The position numbers and the translations under genes were made by a program. A stretch of DNA of 64,000 nucleotides from Candidatus Binatia bacterium (GTDB lineage Bacteria; Desulfobacterota; Binatia; UBA9968; JAJDTQ01). Shown here piece by piece: positions 11,294-20,942 of this stretch. The stretch spans positions 1,056,001 through 1,120,000 of the forward strand of contig OY762897.2 in NCBI GenBank assembly GCA_963666515.2, read 5' to 3'. Numbering within the stretch: the stretch's first letter is position 1; every line of letters starts with the position of its first letter. The notes under the pieces were generated by a model that had not been told where the DNA came from, made no database searches, and saw only the letters and a program-made list of their open reading frames with translations.

Positions 11294-11630
11294 CATCATC
11301 TGCGCCGCGTTCATGATCATCGGCACCGCCTTCATGTTCCTGGGGTGCCTGGGCATCCTGCGCATGCCGGACCTGCTCACCCGCATGCAGACCGCCACCA
11401 AGCCCCCGACCTTGGGTGTGGCTTGTCTGATGGTGTCGGTGGCGCTCTACTTCCCGGACATCGGCGTCACCGTCCGGGTTCTGGCCATCACGCTGTTCGT
11501 CTTCCTCACCGCGCCCGTATCCGCGCACATGATCGGCCGCGCCGGCTACCAGGTGGGGGTCAAGTTCTGGAAGGGCACGGTCCAGGACGACCTCAAGGAC
11601 AAGTACCGCGGCACGTCCCTCGATTCGTGA
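11283..11630 (+). CDS. mrpG: Na+/H+ antiporter subunit G
   Basis: LRMPDLLTRMQTATK, LTAPVSAHMIGRA. Confidence 0.93.
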   Translation: MVTDIICAAFMIIGTAFMFLGCLGILRMPDLLTRMQTATKPPTLGVACLMVSVALYFPDIGVTVRVLAITLFVFLTAPVSAHMIGRAGYQVGVKFWKGTVQDDLKDKYRGTSLDS

Positions 11631-11653
11631 AAGGGCGGAGCGCGCCCGCGCGA

Positions 11654-12595
11654 TCATACGTTGGCGAGGGGGCCGTATTCGAGGATGACGTACACGGCAT
11701 AGACGGCGAGGAAGAGCACGCCCGCCGGACGTCCGAGCCGCCCCTGCAGCGCCAACCAGGGGATCAGCACAATCGTCGCGCCCATCATCGTCCAGACGGC
11801 GAGATGGAGCAGGTGCGCCGGAATGTCGAGCGGATGGACGACCGCCACGAGACCGCCGATGGCCAGCAGGTTGAAGATGTTGGCGCCGAGCACGTTGCCG
11901 ACCGCCACCTCGGAATGGCCGCGGTAGGCGGAGACCACCGCGGTGGCAAGCTCCGGCAGCGAGGTCCCTACCGCGACGACCGTCACGCCGATGACCGCCT
12001 CGGACACGCCCAGCAGGCGGGCAAGCCCGATGGCGCCTTCGACCAGCAGGTGCGAGCCCAGGACCACGCCGCCCAGACCGATGGCGAGCGTGCCGACGGC
12101 CATCCAGGTCGGCCGGCCGCTCCCGTCGGCCTCCGCCTGAGCCTCCGGGGGGTTGCGGAGCGCCCGCCGGTAGGAGATCACCGTGAACGCGGCCAGACAG
12201 GCCAGCAGCAGCACGCCGTCGAGACGGCTCAGACTGCCGGCCATTCCCAGCACGAGGAACAGCGCCGCCACGCCGATGGCGGCGCCGCCCTCGAAGCGGA
12301 CCTCGCGCGGGTTCACCACAATGGGAGAGACGCAGGCGGCCGCGCCGAGAATCAGGAGCAGGTTGCAGATGTTGCTGCCGACGATATTCCCGATGGCGAT
12401 TCCGGGCGCGCTGCGGATGGCCGCCTCCAGGCTCACCAGCAACTCCGGCATGGTGGTGCAATAGGCGACCACGGTGAGCCCGATGATCAGGGGCGAGACG
12501 CCGAGACGCCGTGCGAGCTGCACCGCGCCGCGCAACACGAACTCCGCACCGCCCAGGAGCAGGACGAAGCCGCCGGCCAATTCCAGGTAGATCAT
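11654..12595 (-). CDS. Calcium/sodium antiporter (YrbG/CaCA family)
   Basis: Two alpha repeats: TTMPEL...GNIVGSNICN and GTSLPEL...GNVLGANIFN. Confidence 0.92.
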   Translation of the reverse strand: MIYLELAGGFVLLLGGAEFVLRGAVQLARRLGVSPLIIGLTVVAYCTTMPELLVSLEAAIRSAPGIAIGNIVGSNICNLLLILGAAACVSPIVVNPREVRFEGGAAIGVAALFLVLGMAGSLSRLDGVLLLACLAAFTVISYRRALRNPPEAQAEADGSGRPTWMAVGTLAIGLGGVVLGSHLLVEGAIGLARLLGVSEAVIGVTVVAVGTSLPELATAVVSAYRGHSEVAVGNVLGANIFNLLAIGGLVAVVHPLDIPAHLLHLAVWTMMGATIVLIPWLALQGRLGRPAGVLFLAVYAVYVILEYGPLANV

Positions 12596-12780
12596 GAGGG
12601 TCAGCTTTGATGGATCGGGAAAGCCCCAAGGTTCTCCATTTGAATAATATGATCCCCGCCGTCGGTCAATCGCGCGCGTGGAACGCTCGTGCTTGAAGCG
12701 CCGGGGTCCCGCCGGACGGTGGATTACCCGTAACGCGATCTGGTAGTGTCGGAACCGGACCTTGAAGGGGAGAAGGGGAC

Positions 12781-13701
12781 ATGGGAATCGGCATTGGCAT
12801 CGGCTTCACCGGCTGGCCCTTCGGGGAGCCCGACCCGGAGGCGTTCTGGAGCGCCGTGGACCTGGCGGAGGACTTGGCCATCGACTCGCTGTGGCTGAGC
12901 GACCGGGTGGTGTCGGAGACGTTGAGCCTGGAGCCCGTGGTGGCCCTGTCGTGCGTGGCGGCGCGCACGCGCAAGATGAAGTTCGGCACCAGCGTCATGG
13001 CCCTCCCGCTCAGGAACCCCACGGTGCTGGCCAAGGAGCTCGCCACCCTGGACTTCCTGTCGGGCGGGCGCCTGCTGCTGGTCGTGGGCCTCGGGCGCGA
13101 CGACGACACCGAGCTGCAAGCATGCGGCATCCACCGCTCCGAGCGCGCCGGCCGCACCGAGGAAATGGTGCACCTGCTGCGCGCTCTGTGGTCGGGGAAC
13201 GGGGTCAGCTTCGAGGGAAAGTACTACCGGCTCGAGGACGTGTCCATTCAACCCAAGCCCGCCCAAGCCGATCCGCCGATCTGGGTGGGGGGCCGCAGCG
13301 GCCCCGCCTTCCGGCGCACCGCCCGTCTGGCCGACGGCTGGCTGGCCTCGCAGATGATTCCCTCGGAAGTGGAGACCGCCATCGCGCGCATCCGGAAGCA
13401 CGCCGCCGACTACGGCCGCCGGATCGACGACGACCACTTCGGCGTGCTCTTCAACTACTGCTTTGCCAAGGACACCGAGGAAGCCGCCCGCCTCGCCCGC
13501 CCCTACGCCCTCCGCAACCGTACGGACGTCGATTTCACCGAAACCTCGGCTCTGGGAACCGCCCAGGACATCGCCGCCGCCGTCCAGCGCTTCATCGACG
13601 CCGGCGCCTCCAAGTTCGTCGCCCGCCCCGCCTGCCCGCCGGAGGCTGTCCACGACCAACTCAGGCGTCTCGGCACGGAGGTCATCCCACGGTTTGTGTG
13701 A
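12781..13701 (+). CDS. LLM-class flavin-dependent oxidoreductase
   Basis: SLWLSD, LRNPTVLAKELATLDFLSGGR, PPIWVGG, LADGW. Confidence 0.9.
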   Translation: MGIGIGIGFTGWPFGEPDPEAFWSAVDLAEDLAIDSLWLSDRVVSETLSLEPVVALSCVAARTRKMKFGTSVMALPLRNPTVLAKELATLDFLSGGRLLLVVGLGRDDDTELQACGIHRSERAGRTEEMVHLLRALWSGNGVSFEGKYYRLEDVSIQPKPAQADPPIWVGGRSGPAFRRTARLADGWLASQMIPSEVETAIARIRKHAADYGRRIDDDHFGVLFNYCFAKDTEEAARLARPYALRNRTDVDFTETSALGTAQDIAAAVQRFIDAGASKFVARPACPPEAVHDQLRRLGTEVIPRFV

Positions 13702-14071
13702 AGGCGGCCCTTCCCCCGTGGAGCTTTTCGTCGTCGGGCACCGTGTCGGTCACCAGGTCGCGGATCAGAGGCCGCTTGGGCAGCGGCTCGACCTTGGCCC
13801 CGGCAGGGGCCAGGCGGGCGGTGCACATGTAGGCGACCTCGCCGTCCACCAGCGCCATGCAGGTCTTGCACGCGTTGGCGTTGACGCACCCGTAGCGGAA
13901 GGCGAGGCTCGAGTCCACGTGACCGCGTATCCATACCAGCGCGTCCAGCACGGACATGCCCTCTTCGTAGGGAACGCGGTACACGTCGTAGCGGCCGTCG
14001 TCCTCGCTCCGGCCGCGCCACACGCGAAGCTCCGTCGTTTCGGCGGTGGCTGTGGTAGTTTCGTCGGTCAT
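13682..14071 (-). CDS. Stand-alone SdhB/FrdB-type N-terminal 2Fe-2S protein (129 aa)
   Basis: GMSVLDAL, DSSLAFRYGCVNANACKTC...YMC, VEPL, IRDLV; no 4Fe-4S/3Fe-4S domain. Confidence 0.85.
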   Translation of the reverse strand: MTDETTTATAETTELRVWRGRSEDDGRYDVYRVPYEEGMSVLDALVWIRGHVDSSLAFRYGCVNANACKTCMALVDGEVAYMCTARLAPAGAKVEPLPKRPLIRDLVTDTVPDDEKLHGGRAAFTQTVG

Positions 14072-15771
14072 CGGGAATTCTCGCTGCGTGCCCGCCAGAG
14101 TCCGGCCTCGCGCGGCCACCGGGCGGTGATCTCCGCGCCCCTCATCTCCACCGCCTGGTTGCTGACCAATCGTGGGTCGCTGTCCGGGAAGTCCAGACGC
14201 TGGTGCGCGCCGCGGCTCTCGGTGCGGCCAATGGCGGCCCGCACCACCGCTTCGGCGGTGGTGAGCATGGCCCTGAGCTCCAGCCGGTCCTGGAGGTCGA
14301 GGTTGAAGCCCTCGGCGGGACGGACGGCAACCGGCGATTCCCGCAGCGCGTGGATGTCGTCGAGCGCCTGCCGGAGTTGGTCCCCGGTGCGGAAGGGTCC
14401 GGCGTTCTCCCACATGATGCCCTGCAGCTTTCGTCCCAGCACGTTGGCGGGCGCGCCGCTGTCGCCGTCGGCGCCCAGAGCCAAGTGAAGGCGCTCCACC
14501 GCGCCTTCGGCGGCCCGCGCGTTCCACCCGTGCGGAACACCGGCGACCGCGGCGGCGGCTTTCTGGCCGGCGCGCTCCCCGAACACCAGCGCCTCGGTGA
14601 TGGCGTTGCCCGACAGCCGGTTGGCGCCGTTGGCGCCGCCCACGGCCTCTCCGGCGGCGTAGAGGCCGGGGACGCGGGTCTCCATGCGGCCGTTCACGCG
14701 GATGCCGCCCATGTGGTAATGGGCCGTTGGCGCCACCTCCACCGGCGTCTGCGTGAGATCGATTCCGTTGTGAGCCAACCGGTCGATCACGGGACCGAAG
14801 GCCAACCTCAGGGTCTCGTCGGGCACGTGCCGGAAGTCCAGGTAGACGCCCCCGTGCGGCGAGCCGCGGCCGGCCTCTACTTCCTTCAGGATGGCGTAGG
14901 AGGCCTGGTCCCGTACAGTGGTGTAGGTGCCGCTGTCCTGGCCGCCGTACCGGTGCATGAACTCTTCGAAGTCGCCGTTGAGCAGGCGTCCGCCGAGCTT
15001 GTAGCGGAACGGGTCCCACATGATGGGGTCCATGCCCACCAGCCGCGGCGCCAGGTGGGCGATGGGAAAGAACTGGACGAACTCCATGTCGATGAGATCG
15101 GCCCCGGCCCACAGGGCCAGGGCGTAGGCTTCGCCGCCCATGTTGGTGGACGCGCTGTTGCGGCGGTAGATCTTGGTGAGGCCGCCGGCGGCCAGGACCA
15201 CGGCCTTGGCGGCGAAGGTGACCACGTCGCCGGAGACCACGTCCATGCCAACCGCGCCCACGGCGCGGCCTTCGTGCACCACGATGTCCGTCACCGCGAC
15301 GTTGCTCACGCGACGCACGGAACCCAGGGTGCTCACCTGCCGCCGCAGGGTGCCCGCCACCCCCGGGCCGGTGTTCAGGAAGTCCACGTAGCAGCAGCGG
15401 GCGCGGCCGTGTCCGGGCGCCTTGACCTGGCGGATGCGGTCGTCGGCGCCGCGCGCCCAGTGGGCGCCCCAGCCGTCCATCTCGAAGATCCTTGCCGGGC
15501 CGTTCTCGCACAGCAGCCGGGCCAAGCCCTCGTCGCACAGCTCGCGGCCCGCGGCCAGGGTGTCCTGGAGGTGGTCGGTCCAGTGGTCGGGCTCTTCGTG
15601 GCCGATGGCCGCGGCCACGGTCATCTGGGCCATGATGGTGGCGCCGCCGCGGCCCACCAGGGACTTGTCCAGCAAGAGCACCGACGCGTCCTCCCGGGCC
15701 GCGGCGATGGCCGCGTACATTCCCGCGCCGCCTGCTCCCACCACCAGCACGTCTGCCGTCAAATGGGTCAC
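14068..15771 (-). CDS. SdhA/FrdA/NadB-family flavoprotein, atypical active site
   Basis: GAGGAG, DMEFVQFFP, HYHMGG, GANRLSGN, RTESRGAH. Confidence 0.9.
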   Translation of the reverse strand: MTHLTADVLVVGAGGAGMYAAIAAAREDASVLLLDKSLVGRGGATIMAQMTVAAAIGHEEPDHWTDHLQDTLAAGRELCDEGLARLLCENGPARIFEMDGWGAHWARGADDRIRQVKAPGHGRARCCYVDFLNTGPGVAGTLRRQVSTLGSVRRVSNVAVTDIVVHEGRAVGAVGMDVVSGDVVTFAAKAVVLAAGGLTKIYRRNSASTNMGGEAYALALWAGADLIDMEFVQFFPIAHLAPRLVGMDPIMWDPFRYKLGGRLLNGDFEEFMHRYGGQDSGTYTTVRDQASYAILKEVEAGRGSPHGGVYLDFRHVPDETLRLAFGPVIDRLAHNGIDLTQTPVEVAPTAHYHMGGIRVNGRMETRVPGLYAAGEAVGGANGANRLSGNAITEALVFGERAGQKAAAAVAGVPHGWNARAAEGAVERLHLALGADGDSGAPANVLGRKLQGIMWENAGPFRTGDQLRQALDDIHALRESPVAVRPAEGFNLDLQDRLELRAMLTTAEAVVRAAIGRTESRGAHQRLDFPDSDPRLVSNQAVEMRGAEITARWPREAGLWRARSENSR

Positions 15772-15965
15772 GTCGAGAGTCTAGTCAAAAGCGGGGAGAC
15801 CGTCCAGCCGGCGGCTTGCGCGGCAACTGCCCTGACCGGCTCCGGGAAGCCTCGGGGTTCGGCTCCGCGCCCGCGCTTTCCTTGACGCAACCGAGACTTT
15901 CGGTCTAACTAAGGGAATCGGAAGGGCAGCTACGAATTCCACACCCGGCAAAGGGGGAACAAGAC

Positions 15966-17639
15966 ATGGCGCATGATCTGGTTGTGAAGAACGGGCTCGT
16001 GGTGGACGGCACCGGCAGTCCCGGTTTCGAGGCGGACGTGGCGGTAGACGGGGGAACCATCGCGGCCATCGGCAAGGACGTGGGGCAGGGCGCGACCGAG
16101 ATCGACGCCCGCGGACAGGTGGTGGCCCCGGGCTTTATCGACTCCCACACCCACATGGACCTGTTCATCGTGCAGTATCCCCACGGCAACCCCGTGGTCA
16201 ACTACGGCGTCACCTCCATAGTCATCGGCGACTGCGGCGCCTCCATCGCGCCGGTGCCGCCCAAGGGCGAGCCGCGCGACGTGCTGATCGCCTACCTGCG
16301 CCGGGTGCTCGACGACTACGTCAACGACAACGACTGGAAATGGACGACTTTCCCCGAGTACCTCGACTACCTGGAGGGCCGGGTCGGCGTGAACGTCGCC
16401 GCGCTGGTGCCGCACTCTCCGGTGCGGCTGATGGTGATGGGCGAGGCCGCCTACAAGCGGGAGTCCACCCCGGAGGAGCTGGAGAGCATGAAGCAGATGG
16501 TCCGGGAGGGCATGGAGGCCGGCGGCATCGGCTTCTCGTCCAGCCCGCGCGGCGGCCCGGCCATCCATGCCGGCACCCCCAGCACGCTGGCCACCCAGGA
16601 GGAGATGGCGGCCCTGGCCAACGTAGCAGGCGAGTACGGCGGCTGCTTCCAGTTCAACGGTTTCGGCAACCTGCTCAAACCCGAAAGCGGGTTCCCCGAA
16701 CTGGTGGAGAAGATCAACGTGCCGATGATCGGCAACGAGTTCCGGGTCAGGCCCGGCGAGAAGGAAGACGGGCTGCGGGCCATCCAGCTCATGAAGGAAG
16801 CCAGGGAGAGGGGCAAGGACATCTACGGCGTGGTCATCCCCTACTCGCACATCCGCCGCTTCAACCTCGACGATTGCTTCATCCTGGACGGGCTGCCTCT
16901 GTGGGAGGAGATCAAGGGCGACCGCAAGGAGCTGCCGCGCAAGCTTCAGGATCCCGAGGTGCGGCGCAGGCTGGACGAGCAACGGCGCGAGAACGCGGGC
17001 GAGCCGGCGTATCCCGAATGGCTCGGATGGGGCGGCGTGTACTTCGATGTGATGCAGCGCGAGGACCTCAAGTCCCTGGAAGGCCAGAACGTGGCGCAGA
17101 TCGCCGGGGGCAACGGCAAGTCCGAGGTGGACGTCTTCTTCGACACGTGGCTGGAGGACGGCTTGGCTTCCAAGCTCTACTACCAGGGCTTCGCCAACGG
17201 ACACCAGGATCTGCTGGCCGAGATGATCAAGACCACCGAGGGGCTCATCGGCACCGACGCCGGCGCGCACCTGGACCGCTTCTTCTGGCACGGCGCGCCC
17301 ACCCGTGTGCTGGGCTACTGGCGCCGCGACAAGAACCTGTTCAACCTCGAGGAGGCCGTCCACAAGGTGACCGGCCATCCCGCGGCCAAGCTCAGGATGA
17401 ACCGCGGCATCCTCAAGACCGGCCTGCCGGCCGACGTCACGGTGTTCGACCCCGACAAGATCGACGATTTGGCCAGCAAGCGCATGCCGGCCAAGCTCGA
17501 TGAGGAGGAGATCCACCGCCATCCGCCCGGCATCGCCGCGGTGGTGGTCAACGGGGAGGTAGTGCTGGAGAACGGCGAGTGCAAGGACGTCTTCCCCGGC
17601 CAGGTGAGACGCCAGGATCTCTTCGTTCAGGGACAGTAG
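15966..17639 (+). CDS. Amidohydrolase, D-aminoacylase-like
   Basis: VDGTG, PGFIDSHTH, GTDAGAH, ADVTVFDP. Confidence 0.88.
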   Translation: MAHDLVVKNGLVVDGTGSPGFEADVAVDGGTIAAIGKDVGQGATEIDARGQVVAPGFIDSHTHMDLFIVQYPHGNPVVNYGVTSIVIGDCGASIAPVPPKGEPRDVLIAYLRRVLDDYVNDNDWKWTTFPEYLDYLEGRVGVNVAALVPHSPVRLMVMGEAAYKRESTPEELESMKQMVREGMEAGGIGFSSSPRGGPAIHAGTPSTLATQEEMAALANVAGEYGGCFQFNGFGNLLKPESGFPELVEKINVPMIGNEFRVRPGEKEDGLRAIQLMKEARERGKDIYGVVIPYSHIRRFNLDDCFILDGLPLWEEIKGDRKELPRKLQDPEVRRRLDEQRRENAGEPAYPEWLGWGGVYFDVMQREDLKSLEGQNVAQIAGGNGKSEVDVFFDTWLEDGLASKLYYQGFANGHQDLLAEMIKTTEGLIGTDAGAHLDRFFWHGAPTRVLGYWRRDKNLFNLEEAVHKVTGHPAAKLRMNRGILKTGLPADVTVFDPDKIDDLASKRMPAKLDEEEIHRHPPGIAAVVVNGEVVLENGECKDVFPGQVRRQDLFVQGQ

Positions 17640-17675
17640 CGCCGGACGTGCCGGAAGCGGGGGACAGGAGGTAGC

Positions 17676-18422
17676 ATGGAGGTCCTTGAGCCGGAAGCGC
17701 TGATCGACGATCTCCGCCGCGTCCTGCGCGGCCGGTATCCGGTCCATCCCCTGCGCACGTTGCTCCTGGGCGGAGACCTTACCCGGGAGCAGTTGCATGG
17801 GTGGGCCAAGAACCAGTTCCACGAGTTCCGCAACATCCATCGGTTCTTCGGCATCCGCTACCAGAAGTGCCCGATCCAGGCGTTGCGGCGCATGCTGCTG
17901 GAGAACATGGTGGAGGAGGAGGGCGAGGACCTGTTCGGCGGCGAGTACCCCAGCCACGCCGAGTTGTGGACCCGCTTCGGCGAAGGGCTGGGAATCCCGC
18001 GTGAAGAGATGCAGGGCTACGAGCCCCTGCCGGGGATCAAGGCGGCGCTGGAGATGTACGTGCAGCTCGTCCAGCAGAGCCACTGGGCCGTCGCCATCGG
18101 CACCGGCCTCGTCTTTGAAGGAGAGGGGCCCAAGCGCATGGGCGAGGAGCGCCAGGCGCTGGAGGAACGCTACCCCTGGATACCCTCCGACTCCCTGGCC
18201 TTCTTTCGGGCCCACGAGTATCACGACGAGGGACACGGAAACTTCATCGTGGACGTGATCAAGGATCACGTCATGGACGGCGGGCTGCAGGAGGAGATGC
18301 GGGCCGCGGTGCGGACCCGCGTGGACATCATGTGGCTGCAGAACGAGACCATCTACCAGGCATTCGTTCGCCCGCAGCTCAGCCCCGAGACCGTTGCCCG
18401 ACTCGAAGCCGCCTCGAACTGA
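17676..18422 (+). CDS. Heme-oxygenase-like di-iron enzyme (CADD/PqqC/TenA-like)
   Basis: ENMVEEEG...SHAELW, FEG, FFRAHEYHDEGHG. Confidence 0.8.
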   Translation: MEVLEPEALIDDLRRVLRGRYPVHPLRTLLLGGDLTREQLHGWAKNQFHEFRNIHRFFGIRYQKCPIQALRRMLLENMVEEEGEDLFGGEYPSHAELWTRFGEGLGIPREEMQGYEPLPGIKAALEMYVQLVQQSHWAVAIGTGLVFEGEGPKRMGEERQALEERYPWIPSDSLAFFRAHEYHDEGHGNFIVDVIKDHVMDGGLQEEMRAAVRTRVDIMWLQNETIYQAFVRPQLSPETVARLEAASN

Positions 18423-18456
18423 CGAGTCCCGGTCCGAGTCGAGTACGCGCAGGCCG

Positions 18457-19341
18457 ATGAGTTCACGGAGCGGTAGAGCCCTCACATTCCTGGTCCTGGT
18501 GTTGGCGGTTGCGGTCGCATACACGGCGTGGGAGACCCGGAACCTCACGGTCTCCCTGGACGGGATGGCCGTGGGCAACGAAACCAACATCACGGAGATG
18601 ATGATCTCTCTCGCCCGCACGGAAGGGCAGATCGCGAGAGTACGGGAAACCGTGGAGTTGCTTGGCAGGGACGGCGCGGCCGGAACGGCCCCGGGCGCCG
18701 ACGCGGCCGCGCTGGAAGGGAAGCTCACCGCCGCCCTGACGGCCGTTCAGCGGGAGGTCCTTCAGCAGGAACTGAACAAGTGGGTCCGGCAACTCGAGGA
18801 CCGAAGGGAGAAGAGCTGGGCCGCGTTGCGCAAGGGCCTGGAGGAGAAGCTGGGCCGCGGCGACGCCGGTTCCGGGGAACGGGACCAGCGCTGGGCGGAG
18901 TTGAAAGCGCTCGTGCAGCAGAACCGGAAAAGCCTGACGGCGGGGTTGAAGGAGCTGGGCGACGGCCTCTCCGATCCCTCCGGCGCCATCGAGAAGCAGG
19001 GCGCGACCCTGACGAACCTGGAGAAGCGCTTGGCCGCGGTCATGAAAGCCGCGGAGGAGAATCGGACGGCGCTGGCTCGGCGGAACGAACGTGACGAAGA
19101 GCGCTGGAAGGAGTTGTTCCTGGAGTTGCGGGAGAGCAAGGAGGCAACGCAGCAACGCTACGCCGAGCTGGCGGCCCGCCTGGAGCGGAGTCAGGGCGAG
19201 GCAGGGCAGCCGGCGAATGCGCCGGCGGCCGGGCAGCAGGAACAAGGCTCCCCCCAGCAGCAGGACGAGATCATGCAACGCGAGAGGCTGGAGGAGTTTT
19301 GCGCAGAGGTGCCGCAGTCCTTGCTCTGCAGGAACCTCTAG
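18457..19341 (+). CDS. Membrane-anchored coiled-coil protein, unknown function
   Basis: N-terminal hydrophobic helix, long heptad-rich E/K/R/L region, C-terminal C-x8-C; start uncertain. Confidence 0.65.
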   Translation: MSSRSGRALTFLVLVLAVAVAYTAWETRNLTVSLDGMAVGNETNITEMMISLARTEGQIARVRETVELLGRDGAAGTAPGADAAALEGKLTAALTAVQREVLQQELNKWVRQLEDRREKSWAALRKGLEEKLGRGDAGSGERDQRWAELKALVQQNRKSLTAGLKELGDGLSDPSGAIEKQGATLTNLEKRLAAVMKAAEENRTALARRNERDEERWKELFLELRESKEATQQRYAELAARLERSQGEAGQPANAPAAGQQEQGSPQQQDEIMQRERLEEFCAEVPQSLLCRNL

Positions 19342-19362
19342 GCACGTGGCTTGGGAGCCGCC

Positions 19363-19983
19363 ATGCGGTACTATGACATTTCGCTCAAGCTCAGCCCCGA
19401 CACCGCGCGCTGGGTGACCGCGGCGCCGTTCGAGTTGGTGGACCGGCGGCGGATGCAGCGGGGCGACCACAACAACTCGTCGAGCGTGAACATGAGCGTC
19501 CACAGCGGCACCCACATGGATGCTCCGTTCCACTTCGTCCCCGATGGGGCGGCCATCGACCAGCTTCCGCTGGACCTGTTCATCGGGCCGGCGCTGGTGC
19601 ACGAGGTGGCCGCCGGCCGTTACATCACCGCCGAGCACGTGTCGGCGCTACCGCCGGGAGAGCGCGTCCTGTTCAAGACCGGCAACTCGGGGCTTCTCCG
19701 CCGCGCCGAGTACGATCCGGATTTCACGGCGTTCTCGGTGGAGGCGGCCGCCGCCCTGGTGGCCAAGGGTTACAGGCTCGTGGGGCTGGACTACCTCTCG
19801 GTGGCGCACGCGGACGAGCAGGTGCCGGTGCACCGGGCCTTTCTGGATCACGGGCTCGCGCTGCTGGAAGGGGTGGACCTGACGGAGATCCGGCCGGGCC
19901 GTTACGAGTTGATCTGCTTCCCCGTGTGCATTGCCGGCGCCGACGGCGCTCCGTGCCGCGCGGTCCTCCGCGACCTGCCATGA
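19363..19983 (+). CDS. Cyclase-family metal hydrolase (KynB-like)
   Basis: HSGTHMDAPFHF, VGLDYLS, ADGAPCRA. Confidence 0.9.
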   Translation: MRYYDISLKLSPDTARWVTAAPFELVDRRRMQRGDHNNSSSVNMSVHSGTHMDAPFHFVPDGAAIDQLPLDLFIGPALVHEVAAGRYITAEHVSALPPGERVLFKTGNSGLLRRAEYDPDFTAFSVEAAAALVAKGYRLVGLDYLSVAHADEQVPVHRAFLDHGLALLEGVDLTEIRPGRYELICFPVCIAGADGAPCRAVLRDLP

Positions 19984-20939
19984 ACAAGGTGCAAGCCGCC
20001 ATCCTGGACGACTACCAGCACGTCGCCCGGTCCCTGCTGGATGCGAGGGAGATCCCGGGGAACCTCGATTTCACGGTGTTCCACAACCACCTGGATGACG
20101 AGGACGCCCTGGCCGAGCGGTTGCAGCGGTTCGAGATCGTCTGCGTCATGCGGGAGCGCACGCCGTTTCTGCGCACCCTGCTGGAGCGTTTGCCCAACCT
20201 GAGGCTGCTGGTGACCAGCGGCATGAGGAATGCGTCCATCGACGTGGCCGCAGCCGGGGAACGGGGCGTGACGGTCTGCGGAACTCCCAGCGTCGGCGGG
20301 CCCACGGCCGAGCTGGCCTGGGGCCTGATCATCGGGCTGCTCCGGCACATCCCGCGAGAGGACCGGGCCACGCGCGAGGGCCGCTGGCAGGAGACGCTGG
20401 GCGGAGGCCTCCTGGGCAAGACCCTTGGAGTGGCCGGCCTGGGCAAGCTGGGGGCGCGGGTGGCCCGCGTGGGCTTGGCTTTCGAGATGGACGTGATCGC
20501 GTGGAGCCGGAACCTCACCGAGGAACGTTGCCGGGAGGTCGGCGTGTCCCGCGTGAGCAAGGAGGAACTGCTGTCGCGCTCCGATGTCCTGACCATCCAC
20601 CTGGTGCTGAGCGACCGCACCCGCGGCCTGTTCGGCGCCGCCGAGCTTGCGATGATGAAGCCCACCGCGGTGCTGATCAACACCTCCCGCGGCCCCATCG
20701 TCGAAGAGGATGCGTTGGTGGAGGCGCTGGAGCGCGGCGCCATCGCCGGCGCCGGCCTCGACGTCTATGATACCGAACCGTTGCCCCCGGACCATCCGCT
20801 CCGGCGTTGCGGCAACACCGTCATCACGCCCCATCTGGGTTACGTGGAGGAGGCGAACTACGGCGCCTACTTCGACGGCTACCTGGCCGCCATACGAGGC
20901 TACATCGAAGGCGCTCCCGTAAACGTCATCAAGGGGTGA
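19980..20939 (+). CDS. D-2-hydroxyacid dehydrogenase family protein
   Basis: MRERTP, GLGKLG, INTSRG, DVYDTEP, TPHLGY. Confidence 0.92.
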   Translation: MNKVQAAILDDYQHVARSLLDAREIPGNLDFTVFHNHLDDEDALAERLQRFEIVCVMRERTPFLRTLLERLPNLRLLVTSGMRNASIDVAAAGERGVTVCGTPSVGGPTAELAWGLIIGLLRHIPREDRATREGRWQETLGGGLLGKTLGVAGLGKLGARVARVGLAFEMDVIAWSRNLTEERCREVGVSRVSKEELLSRSDVLTIHLVLSDRTRGLFGAAELAMMKPTAVLINTSRGPIVEEDALVEALERGAIAGAGLDVYDTEPLPPDHPLRRCGNTVITPHLGYVEEANYGAYFDGYLAAIRGYIEGAPVNVIKG

Positions 20940-20942
20940 GCC

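Noticed and set aside
6001-12595. mrp operon plus Na+/Ca2+ antiporter as a novel system
   Set aside because: Standard seven-gene Mrp; ordinary salt/pH homeostasis
12694-12720. TGAAGCGCCGGGGTCCCGCCGGACGGT as another IS3 end
   Set aside because: Too divergent, with no transposase remnant
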